A DNA stretch of 63,815 nt, the filler included, from Craspedostauros australis (taxonomy: Eukaryota): NCBI GenBank assembly GCA_030167865.1. It is 5 parts of 5 records of this genome, joined end to end, with 100 filler letters (N's around TTAATTAATTAA, not from the genome) between each part and the next. Parts side by side here need not be neighbours in the genome. Positions count along the whole stretch, not along the records: positions 22,219 to 28,149 come from JALAGF010000905.1; positions 28,250 to 32,670 come from JALAGF010000908.1; positions 32,771 to 61,280 come from JALAGF010000909.1; 2 more parts are not named here. One strand, given 5' to 3'. Made by a program: the position numbers and the translations under genes. The notes beneath the pieces are model-generated. The model worked only from the letters and a program-made list of their open reading frames with translations. It was not told where the DNA came from and made no database searches. This document shows, in pieces, positions 23,929 through 33,389 of the stretch. The stretch's first letter is position 1; each line of letters begins with the position of its first letter.

Positions 23929-25463
23929 ATGCAACGACGTCCGTACCAGCCGCAGCACCAGTACAACTACGGCCAGGGCCAGCACGCATCGCCGGCCCAG
24001 GCCAACGGATACTACCAAGGCCAGCAGCGCCATGACCCCTACAACACAGCACCGCAGGCACCGCACATGCAAACTGCCGTGCCGCACGTTCCCATCGACG
24101 TCAGCACCCGCAATCGCAACGCCCGCAAGAACAGCGGCGGCTGCTCGATCATCACCGTCCTTTTCCTCATCCTCCTCACGGCCGGTGCCGTGGCCGGTTG
24201 CGGCTACTTCTACGTCAAGGACGTCCTCATGGTCGAGTACAAGGCGGAGCTGCAACGAGAAGAGGTCGAACCCATCACGGAGTACTGGACGGAGAAGTTT
24301 GCCACGCTGGATCGCGATCATCAGAAACTGCAGTCCTCTTCCATGACGTTGCGTCGCGAACTCAGAACTACCGAGCATGCGCTCGATGATGCGAGGGGAC
24401 ATGCGGACCGTGAGTTGCAGGAACTCAGGGATTCCATGCAAAGGCAGATCGACGAAGCATGGGAACATGCCAACAACAACAATAACAACGACCAGCAGGT
24501 CGAGGTCGTGCATGCCGACACGTCGCATTTGGATCGTCGTATTGAAGAATTGGATGGCATGGCCTTGCATCTGCAATATGGCATTCAGGAATTGTCCAAG
24601 CGCGCAGCGATTGCCAAGTAAGTTGCCTTCATTTTGAATCATGGGGTGAAATCAAATGAAATGTGGCCACGAACAACTGGATGGACATGTGGCTGGCTGG
24701 GTGAATTGAATAGATTGCCGGAACAAGACAATGAGCGCATATTACATTGTGTGCGATGTGGTGAAGTGCCCACGTGGCCGTCACATCGCGACCAATTTGG
24801 TTTTCTCATGGCTCAACCATTGCCTCTTTCTCACGCACAAACGCACTTCTCCGCACCACACCACGCACACAAAACAAACAAAACAAAACAAAATATTGCA
24901 GATACGGACCAGGCCCATACCGTGTGGAAATCGAACTTGCCTTCAACCAGCATGTGCAGGAGACTCGTGGAGAGGCGCGCTTCTTCGTAGTTGAAACCGC
25001 ACCGCTCGACATGATGCCGCACTCCATCTACTGGTTCCTGGAACAGGTCGACCAAAAGCTCTTCCAAACCAACAGCTTCTACATCAACGTCCCGCACGTC
25101 GTGCAGGCCGGGCCACGATCCAAGCTCACCAACACCGCAAGCGAAGCCATCCTCAAGAGGTACGAAGAATCCGGTTTCAAGTCGCTCTACTTCCAGGAAT
25201 ACAACCCAGACTTCACGCATCACCCATGGACGATGGGATTCGCAGGACGTCCGGCAGGACCCGAGTTCTACATCAACTTGCACGAAAACATCGGCGCACA
25301 TGGTCCCGGCGGACAGGGTCCGGGCGGGGATCCTTGCTTTGCCAAGGTCATCAGCGGATTCGACACCATCGAGCGCATGATGAAGACGCCAGGATTGCCG
25401 GACGATCCCGCTATCATGAAGAAGACAGTGGGTGTCCGCAGGGCAGTCATTCTTCGGGATTAG
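23929..25463 (+). CDS. Type II membrane protein: TM + coiled coil + C-terminal cyclophilin-like domain
   Basis: Exon 1 is 23929-24617, with a GTAAGT..GCAG intron at 24618-24901, then exon 2 at 24902-25463 (AK|YGPGPYRVE). Cyclophilin-like motifs: VVQAGP, FQEY, WTMGFAGRPAGPEFYINL..N, CFAKVISGFDTIERM. Confidence 0.8.
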
Positions 25464-25585
25464 GAACCATACATACACGCACATCAGACGATTGACAAGA
25501 TGTGGAACGGTGAAATTGAATACTGAACAACTGACGCAGGGTACTCCAGCGACAGGCATACGGCAGAAGCTTGTAGAGTACCGCA

Positions 25586-26119
25586 TCACTTTTCCTCATT
25601 GGCGTTCATGCATTGTTTGAAGTGTGTTTGAATGAAAATCGCTGCAATGCGATCGAAGAATGGCTCCTGTCCGTCCGTCCCAAATTGAAAGCCCTCTTCG
25701 CCCCAGTATTTGGTGTACAGCAGAATGTGCTTCAATTCCGACTCTGCAGTCGCCGCGCCTCTTCGCGTTGCATTGAATGTCATCGAAGAGTCAATGTGGA
25801 GGAAATCCTTCACATGGATGAGACATGACAACATCAGTCGAAGATTGAGCGCAGCGATGATCACGAAGACCACGATGACGTTTGTACGTTTGCCTCCTCT
25901 GCATCTGTTTCTGCACTTGCATCGTTGGGATTGCTGGTTGCGTTGATGATTGGAGCCACTTTCACGACCACGCGTGTATTCGCATCTGCTGCTTCGTCCG
26001 TCTCCATCGTCGTCGTCATTATCCGTGCGCTCGGCATCACCACCTGGAGGGTTGATCATGGATGGTGATTCATTGACTGCAGAGCTCAGCAGGGTGCCGT
26101 CTCGTTTTCGGAGCACCAT
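25586..26119 (-). pseudogene. Possible truncated type II membrane glycosyltransferase (GT10 fucosyltransferase-like N-terminus)
   Basis: A TM segment (VIVVFVIIAALNL) precedes KHILLYTKYWG..FQFG..GQEPFF, which resembles the start of the GT10 domain. The ORF stops about 20 codons later, only ~120 bp from the convergent gene. Confidence 0.35.
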
Positions 26120-26184
26120 GGCGATGTGTCATAATACGTACGGATGCTCATGTGTCGCCATGCATCGCAGAGTGTTCTTGTTCT

Positions 26185-26232
26185 TGTTGGTGTTGGTGTT
26201 GGTGTTGGTGTTGGTGTTGGTGTTGGTGTTGG
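26185..26232. repeat. (TGTTGG)8 microsatellite
   Basis: Perfect hexamer tandem read directly from the sequence. Confidence 0.9.
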
Positions 26233-26542
26233 TGTTGTTGTGTGTGATGAATGAGCGATTTGCGTTTCGCGCCAAAACTGAAGGGGGTGAATGACATCCA
26301 CCCCTAGTATTAGGGGGCGTGGAAGATGGATCGTTCGTCACCCCCAATGATTGGCGCCATCCAATTCTCCTTCCAATTTTCTCACACACAAACTCAACAG
26401 ATCACATCATTGTTTGGGAGGTCCAATCCACCAATCAATCAATCAATCAATCAATCGATCAATCAAGCAAGGCAAGTCGTGAAGCAACATCCATCGTCAA
26501 CGATCCCCCACAATCACTCTTGCCACTCTTGCTGCTGAAATC

Positions 26543-27676
26543 ATGCCACTGAGGGCACGTATGCGTTCCTCTTCCTGCCTTGCTGCCTACTTTTCCTTCT
26601 GCATCATCATCCGTACGTTACATCTGTCACCATGGCAGAGCAGAAGTACGAGCATCAACGTTAATGCATGGCCGACAGTCGCTCGCTTCTCGCCGCACAA
26701 ACAGAGACGATCATACTCGTTGTCGCATGTGTTGCCGGTGGTCCGTCCAATCCCATCTACGGCTTCTTTGCTTCGCGCAGCCGCCATTCCCAACGATGAG
26801 GATCACAGCGACAGTGACAGCGACAACGACGAAAGCGACACCAACGATGCTGACAATCGCTTCGTTCAAGGTGTCACGTTGAAGATCGCCGTTGATCAGA
26901 ATTGGGCGGTGGCGGACACATCGGCAGAAGTGTCCGTGCGCTTCACATGCAGCGATAGCCTGGACATGGTGCATCGATTGCGACGTGACTGCCAAGCAGT
27001 GCTGGTGGGTCGCAAGACGGTTGAGGATGACGATTGCAGTCTGACGGTCCGTCGTGTGACAGCTACGGAACAGCCATATCGCGTGATATTGGACTCGAGG
27101 CAGTCGTTGGACATGTCGCGGTATCACATCTTTCAAGATGGACATAGAACGATCGTGTATCATGGCTGCTATTCTTCTTCTTATTCTTCTTCTTCTCCAG
27201 GGGCATTCAATGCATCAGACGATCGACCAACACCATCGTTGTCGGAGTGCCAAGTTACCCAAGTGGATGGATATCCAGATGTTCACCTTGTTGGGATCCC
27301 AACATCACCAAAAGCAGCGAAAGCAGCGGCAGGATCATCGTCATTCGTACCGACGCAGTCTCCTTTTCCTTCGATTCTGCCTCCAGAAACAATCATCCAG
27401 CACTTGGCAGATCACTTTGGCATCACATCCGTGATGGTGGAAGGTGGCCCAAGGACGGCGATCTCGTTTTTGCAGAGCGGTCTTGTCGATCGGACCATCC
27501 TGGTACAGGCTCCGTTTGCCTTTGAGCATTCGCAAGAATCTGGGCTATCTCATGAGGTGTTCCGAGAAAGCGGGTTGGAGCGCCTTGGCAGCATACCATC
27601 GGGAGTTGACACGATCGAATGTTGGTCGCGACCTGGATTGGGTTGGCCGAATTTGGATCTTTCCAGGTGGCCGTGA
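26543..27676 (+). CDS. RibD C-terminal (pyrimidine reductase/DHFR-like) domain protein with N-terminal targeting-like extension
   Basis: Motifs VTLKIAVD, VHRLRRDCQAVLVGRKTVEDDDCSLTVR, PYRVILDS and GITSVMVEGGPRTAISFLQSGLVD. No deaminase HxE/PCxxC domain is present. Confidence 0.82.
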   Translation: MPLRARMRSSSCLAAYFSFCIIIRTLHLSPWQSRSTSINVNAWPTVARFSPHKQRRSYSLSHVLPVVRPIPSTASLLRAAAIPNDEDHSDSDSDNDESDTNDADNRFVQGVTLKIAVDQNWAVADTSAEVSVRFTCSDSLDMVHRLRRDCQAVLVGRKTVEDDDCSLTVRRVTATEQPYRVILDSRQSLDMSRYHIFQDGHRTIVYHGCYSSSYSSSSPGAFNASDDRPTPSLSECQVTQVDGYPDVHLVGIPTSPKAAKAAAGSSSFVPTQSPFPSILPPETIIQHLADHFGITSVMVEGGPRTAISFLQSGLVDRTILVQAPFAFEHSQESGLSHEVFRESGLERLGSIPSGVDTIECWSRPGLGWPNLDLSRWP

Positions 27677-27775
27677 CATTGGATTGTGTCGGCACCGATG
27701 AATGAGAATACACATTGGGGCTGACTCTGTTTGTATTGGGTATTGCATTATTCTATCGTTTAGAATTGCTTCGCT

Positions 27776-28149
27776 TTATGAAATGTCCGTCAGCACGGAA
27801 TCCTCGTCACCATCATCCACATCCTCCGCACGCTCACCATGGAGGCTGTGCGGTCCTCCATCAACACTTTCCTTCACCGTCGAAGCCTTTGTGCCGTTTG
27901 TTGTTGAGTGCCTACCCGAAATCGTGGGCGTGCCAGCATGTTCCAGGGAATGTACAGTCGCCAGATCAAAGTTGGTCGCCATTCCATGTTGGGGATCGAA
28001 CTCAACCATCTTGCCTCCACACGTAGTGTTCATCGCGGATCTCTTGATCTGCCTCTCGTTGATGTAGTTACCACGTTTGGTGCGCAAGTCGTCACACTTG
28101 GCAGCTGCACCCCAGGCCTGATAGAACTCCATTGCTCGGGTGAAGTAAG
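27776..28149 (-). CDS. 3' end of a gene cut by the linker; probably a predicted AAA-ATPase/TPR-type (COG3899-like) signalling protein
   Basis: The frame is open from the gap and reads YFTRAMEFYQAWGAAAKCDDL, matching the Y-x-x-x-A-x-x-x-Y-x-x-W-G-A-x-A-K C-terminal motif of this family. The stop is at 27776. Confidence 0.55.
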
Positions 28150-28249
28150 NNNNNNNNNNNNNNNNNNNNNNNNNNNNNNNNNNNNNNNNNNNNTTAATTA
28201 ATTAANNNNNNNNNNNNNNNNNNNNNNNNNNNNNNNNNNNNNNNNNNNN
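28150..28249. other. Artificial contig-joining linker
   Basis: N44-TTAATTAATTAA(28194-28205)-N44. Confidence 0.95.
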
Positions 28250-30459
28250 TCCAGCTTCGTGCTGTCTCCCACTTGGACGAAGGACTTGATGTGCCGCACG
28301 TTGAATAGAGCGGCGTCTGAATTGACAATGTGACACGAAGCTCCGCTGTCGGCGAGCCAGGTGTTCTTGTTGACCTTGTCCTTGTATCTAGTGCTCAGTT
28401 CGTGGAGCTGCTCCACGGCTGCTGCAGCTATCTCGTCGTCAAAGCTGTCGTCGTCGTCGTCTTCTTGAACTCCATCTTCGTTGTATGGGTTATGGTGATT
28501 CTCATCATCCATGTCGTCGGGTAGTTGTGCATAGTCCGATGGAACTGTGCTGTTTCGATGAGTTCTGGTGACTGGATCGAAAGGTGTTACTCGTGGTCGC
28601 TCACGCAGTAGCACACGCATGCATCCTCCCAGGATGTAGTGCAGATCCGTCTCTGGGATCGTTTCTGTATCTTCTGCTTCCAACAGTCGGTTGATGATAA
28701 CTGAGTTGGCGAGAATCTCTTCAATGGATCTGAAGTTCTCAGACAGAATGGATCCCATCATGTTCACCCATATTGGCATGAATGCTCCTTCTGGAGTTCT
28801 TGAGAACATCTCCACTCCCGCTGCCATCACGGCGTCAAAGATCAGTTGCTTTTGAATTGCCAATGCTGTGGCCGTTCCGTAGGGGATCGTGTCATGTTGA
28901 TGGATTTGATTCGATCTGTTTGGATTCTCGACTGGTGGGAATTAGATACCTGTTGGGTAAACGACATGCTCATTTGGATTGAAGCTGTCGTCTGGGTGAT
29001 CTTCTGTTTCATTACTGTCGTCTTCGTCGAAGATGCCCGATCTGTTGTTCCCTGCCGCTGGAGCGGGCGGCGCCGCGCCGCCATTTGTTTTGTCTCGCTC
29101 TCTGTCATTCTCATTGGGTTCGTCGTCATCTTCTTCACTCATGGCCTCTTCGATGTCGCTATCGATGGCCTCGTTGTCCATCTCAGCTTCGTCGCCGTAT
29201 GGACCGATCAGGTCGTGCGCGTTGAAGCAGCATTCGTAGCTCACTTCGCGTCTTGGATCCACCTCGTGGATGATGGGCTCCTCGCTGAGCCACTCCAGGA
29301 CGATCTCATCGTCCTCCACTTCGTCGTCACTTCCGACGTACTCGAAGTTATCGAAGAAGGAGTCTTCGATGTAGTCGTCAGACACCAACATGCAGAGTGG
29401 CATGTCCTTTGCTGAGAGTACCATCTCGTGCCCGCTCTTGTCGTGTCCTTCCGTTGCCGTGTTGGCCTGCTCGTCGGCCTTCTTGTTCTTGTTGAACTTC
29501 TTCTTTCGGCACTCTGCCTCGTGGTGTCCGAAGATGCCACAGTAGTTGCACTTCTCGTTGAAGCCGCTTCCCTTGTTACGGTTGTTGTTACGCTTTCCGT
29601 TCATCTTGTTGTTGTTGTTGTTGTTGTCGTTTTTCTTGTTGTTCGATTTCTTGCGTTCTGGGCAATCGGTGGATCTGTGACCATACACACCACAGTTGTG
29701 GCAGGTCCCCTTGAAGTTACCAGTGCTCGTGAAGCCGGTGTCGTTGCTCTTCGTGTTACTGTTTTGGAAGCCATTGATGTACGCCTTTCCGCCTTGATGA
29801 GTGGCGTGTGCTTCACGGAGTACTCCTCTGATCGTGTTAATGGTGACCACTGTCGGATTGAACGTGAGTTGGTGTTGGAAGTTCACGATGTGAGTTCTGT
29901 ATTCCACGCTCACCGTGCTGAGGATTTGCATGATCATTTCCTCGTCCGTGATCTCGTACTTGACATCGTGGAGACGTGAGCGCAGTATCTCGAGTCGCGT
30001 GATGTATACGTTGGGGTCTGAGTCTTTCTTCATCCTTTCGTTGTTGAATTGACGCTTGAGTTTGATCTTTGTCACCGCATCGGATGGACGGAACTTCTCC
30101 GCGAGAACGTTCCACGCCGCGTGTGGATTCCCATCAGGGTAATCGTCGGAGATGCATTGATTGATGTATTTTATGGCCTGCTTGCCCTTTCCCTTCTCTG
30201 CATCCATCATGAGGATCAGATCACTGAAGCAGTTGCCTGCCAGCTCGTAGGTTTCCTCCATTGCCTCCTTGATTTCGTCGGTGGCTGCCGCGATCTCAAT
30301 CACTGTTGGGATCTTTGTCTTGCTCAACATCACGTCTCTCGTCTTCTGTGTACGAGCATATGCCTTTGCTTGGGACTCCCATGCGCTATAATCCTCTTGT
30401 TCACCGCTGAACATCGGCGCCTTGATGCGTCGCTTGTTCGTGTTGGCTGATGTCGCCAT
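28250..30459 (-). mobile_element. Ty1/Copia LTR retrotransposon gag-protease region (truncated by linker; one in-frame TAA)
   Basis: Gag begins FSGEQEDYSAW, followed by a UBN2-like AAWNVLAEKF...YITRLEILRSRL region and two CCHC knuckles (CHNCGVYGHRSTDC, CNYCGIFGHHEAEC). The Copia protease motif WLADSGASCHI...VQVGD is in the same frame after the TAA at 28944-28942. Confidence 0.9.
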
Positions 30460-31379
30460 GTTGATTCGTTGTTTCGTTGTTGGTGCGCTCGCGCCCTTGA
30501 TTTCCGTTTGTTTCTGTGTTGTCGTTTCTTCAATTTTTGCTAGTTATTTCACGGAGATCGATTTTCTCACAAATTCTCCTCCTGATGGTGTCTCACTTTT
30601 CCCACTCTGTTTGGCTGTGCGAATGCTCTTCGTCACACCAGTCTCCTCTTGCTTGACCGTCTTGAGAATCCTCTTTTCCTCGCAATGTAGTCTTGCAGAC
30701 CGTTCTTCTTCGGTCTTGTTGATTGCGCTTGCCTGCGTGCCTGATAGGGCAGTTAATAGAGCCCAAACGTAATGGCTGTTGTCTTGTTGGCTGTTCTTTA
30801 GCTGTAGGCAGGGGCTTGACTGGCAAGCGGTCCGAACGTGAGTCTTCTGTTCCACAAGTAGTCAATTGAGAATACTGGTAGATGGTGAAGAAACGTGCGG
30901 ATTATGAGATTAGTGCTATGGTTCTTCCCTTTGGGGAGGATCTCTTGTGGTGCCCTGAATGACAATGCGTGTGGGTTGTGTAGCCCAAGTACCGTGGATC
31001 GAGATCCGTTGTCTGAGTTCCGTGAGAGACAATGAGCGATGATGCGCGTTGCTGGGGCTCTGGTTCCGTGTGTCAACGTTTTGGCGATGGTGGGTGTCAG
31101 AAACTTGGTTATCGGAACCCTATTGGTTCCCTGACACAAGTTTCGAAGATCTGCTTCAAGGTTCTGGATCTGTTCCCAAACGTGGGGGTCGGTGAAGTAT
31201 TCGTTCGATCCATTGGAATGCTGACGAGTCGGATGATTCGTAGTCTCTCTCTCTAAGGTGGTTACTAGTTTAGCTCTATTACTCCCCTTCATCTCACGTT
31301 GAAACGTGAGTTGACTGAAAGCAAGAAAGCTAATCGTAGTGTGGTTTGTTCCGCCGCCCAAGATGGCGGCGAGCGGGCT

Positions 31380-32261
31380 TCATTCGGACTGTTCGTTGTT
31401 GTCGTAGTAGCCGCGGCCTTGGTGGCGGTTGGTGAGCATGACTTCCAATGCCTCATTCAACGAGGAGGTGATGCTGACCTGCTGGACTTGGTTGATGTGG
31501 TCAAGCCCCCCGCGAAAAAGGATATCGGCGAGGGTTTGGATGACCAGAGGTGTCCTCTCGTCGTTTTGGAGGACGGCCTTGATCTGAGCTGTGGGGTCGG
31601 GGGACATCTGGAAGATGGATGGTTGCATCATCGTTGGTCCTCGGTTACTGGACATGATGTATCCGGACCGAAGACGCCGGGGTGACGGGTATGCGATCGC
31701 TGGTTGGGGCTCCGTTCGGGCTCTCTTGTTAGCGTTGCTGGTCCCCGGAGTGTCGGGGGTCGATGGTAGGGGATGGTTCAAGACGCGGAATCTGCGAGTG
31801 TTGATGTCCGCATACTCATTGTGGTTCACAGGTGCCGGGTACGCGGTTGCTACCGGCACGTCATCATCGGTTGGTTCCTCTGGTAGTGTAGGGACCTCTG
31901 GTTGTTCATCCTGGGTTATGGGAGGCACCAGTTCTGCCGTCTCGGTAGGTTTCTCCACGGCCGTGGTGGGGGCTCCCTTTTTGTGGATGGTCCCACTTGT
32001 GGATTTCTTGGCAGACCTGACCTGTTTGATCATCTTGATTCCCGACATTCCCGAGGAAACGGTGGAGTCCTCGGATTCGTCGAAGAGCCCCTTTCTCTTG
32101 GGACGGTTGCTTTGCTTGCTGCTGACTCCAGAGCTGGGTCGTCGCGACGCTTGGTTTCGCATGGTCGGCTTGTCTTCTGGTTGGTAGATGGACCCAGAAC
32201 CGTCACTGTCGCCGGGTTCTGGGGCGGACGCGCTGTCCACGGAATGGTCGGTTGGGATCAC
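31380..32261 (-). CDS. Low-complexity Ser/Pro/Thr-rich ORF of unknown function, probably transposon-associated
   Basis: 293-codon ORF with a GTG start only, lying between an LTR-like repeat and the Copia gag. No recognisable domain. Confidence 0.3.
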   Translation of the reverse strand: MIPTDHSVDSASAPEPGDSDGSGSIYQPEDKPTMRNQASRRPSSGVSSKQSNRPKRKGLFDESEDSTVSSGMSGIKMIKQVRSAKKSTSGTIHKKGAPTTAVEKPTETAELVPPITQDEQPEVPTLPEEPTDDDVPVATAYPAPVNHNEYADINTRRFRVLNHPLPSTPDTPGTSNANKRARTEPQPAIAYPSPRRLRSGYIMSSNRGPTMMQPSIFQMSPDPTAQIKAVLQNDERTPLVIQTLADILFRGGLDHINQVQQVSITSSLNEALEVMLTNRHQGRGYYDNNEQSE

Positions 32262-32305
32262 AGGCTTTGGTCATACCTTGTCGGTATACCCTTGTCCATC
32301 TCGCG

Positions 32306-32670
32306 TGTTGGAAATCCGGGGTTATAGTTAGTACTAAATTCTAATCTGCTGTTAGAAACTGTACCGTTTTAGAACTGTGAGCACAATCTCACTTTCTCTT
32401 NNNNNNNNNNNNNNNNNNNNNNNNNNNNNCGCGGTAACGACACGGGGCATCCTGTTGTCTCTTAGGTGCTTCCCTCTTCATTCATCATGCTCTGTTCTTG
32501 CTTCCTTGTCTCTGCATTTGCTGTAGCTGTCTACGTTTGCATGGTAGAGATCTGCGGCCTTGAGCACTTGCCTGTCTCATGTTTCTTTCGTTGATCTTCA
32601 TGACGCCATCGTCTCATAGCCGATGTCTCCTTTGGTGATGTTCCAAACCTGCGGATGTTCTGATCCTTTC
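32306..32670 (+). mobile_element. LTR-like dispersed repeat, copy 1 (truncated by gaps)
   Basis: Begins TGTTGGAAATCCGGGGTTA and aligns along its length with 63412-63796. Similarity starts exactly at TGTTG, and the upstream flanks are unrelated. Confidence 0.75.
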
Positions 32671-32770
32671 NNNNNNNNNNNNNNNNNNNNNNNNNNNNNN
32701 NNNNNNNNNNNNNNTTAATTAATTAANNNNNNNNNNNNNNNNNNNNNNNNNNNNNNNNNNNNNNNNNNNN
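32671..32770. other. Artificial contig-joining linker
   Basis: N44-TTAATTAATTAA(32715-32726)-N44. Confidence 0.95.
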
Positions 32771-33240
32771 ATTTGCAAGGAACTCATGTGCCATGAGGAG
32801 GAGGAGAGAGGATGCACTGTTGTCGCCAAGTATTTGTGAAAAGCTGCACCAAAATCACCAGAATCCGGTGCCGGGATTGTGAAGGAGACAGTGCCGAAAA
32901 ACTGATGCATGATGAGAAGCACGACAAGCATGTTGGTGGACGCAGGTACCAGACATCGAAATAGCAAGGTAGAATATGATTACCCCAGATCCCATGACGT
33001 CGAGAAAGCAAGACAGGCGCACGGAAAGGAACCCCTGAGACATGACCAATGACGCCGTGCTGTATCGTGGGGTTTTTTTTTTTAAATCGCCAAATAAATG
33101 TGTTACTCGAAGGAGTCAGAAAAAAAAACAACCCACTTTCGGGTTTCGGACCGAAATCGGGGTTTTTTTTCTGCAACACGGGACATCGTGGAGGAACATG
33201 GGACTTAGGTAGTACAAGTGGTATTTTCGGCGAGCTTGCA

Positions 33241-33343
33241 TTTGCGTCCCCACGCAAATTGGCCCAATTTGCGTCCGGACGCAAACTGAGCGTTCAATTT
33301 GCGTCCGGACGCAAGCTACGTAGAGAATGCGTCCGGACGCAAG
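33241..33343. repeat. Array of four palindromic units, consensus TTTGCGTCCGGACGCAAA, ~27-30 bp period
   Basis: Units at 33241 (imperfect), 33268 (perfect 18-bp palindrome), 33298 and 33328 (14-bp core). Confidence 0.9.
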
Positions 33344-33389
33344 AAAAACGTCATTATGGATATTACCCTACGACTAACAAAGGACAACG

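Noticed and set aside
3568..27676. Riboflavin/purine gene cluster (LS-like domain plus RibD_C gene)
   Set aside because: The genes are about 19 kb apart, with unrelated genes and an artificial linker between them.
27776..28149. Continuation of Copia pol across the linker
   Set aside because: The translation shows no integrase or RT motifs and instead matches a WGAxAK host-gene terminus.
33241..33343. CRISPR array
   Set aside because: Repeats are 14-18 bp with ~10-bp spacers, there are no cas genes, and the context is eukaryotic.
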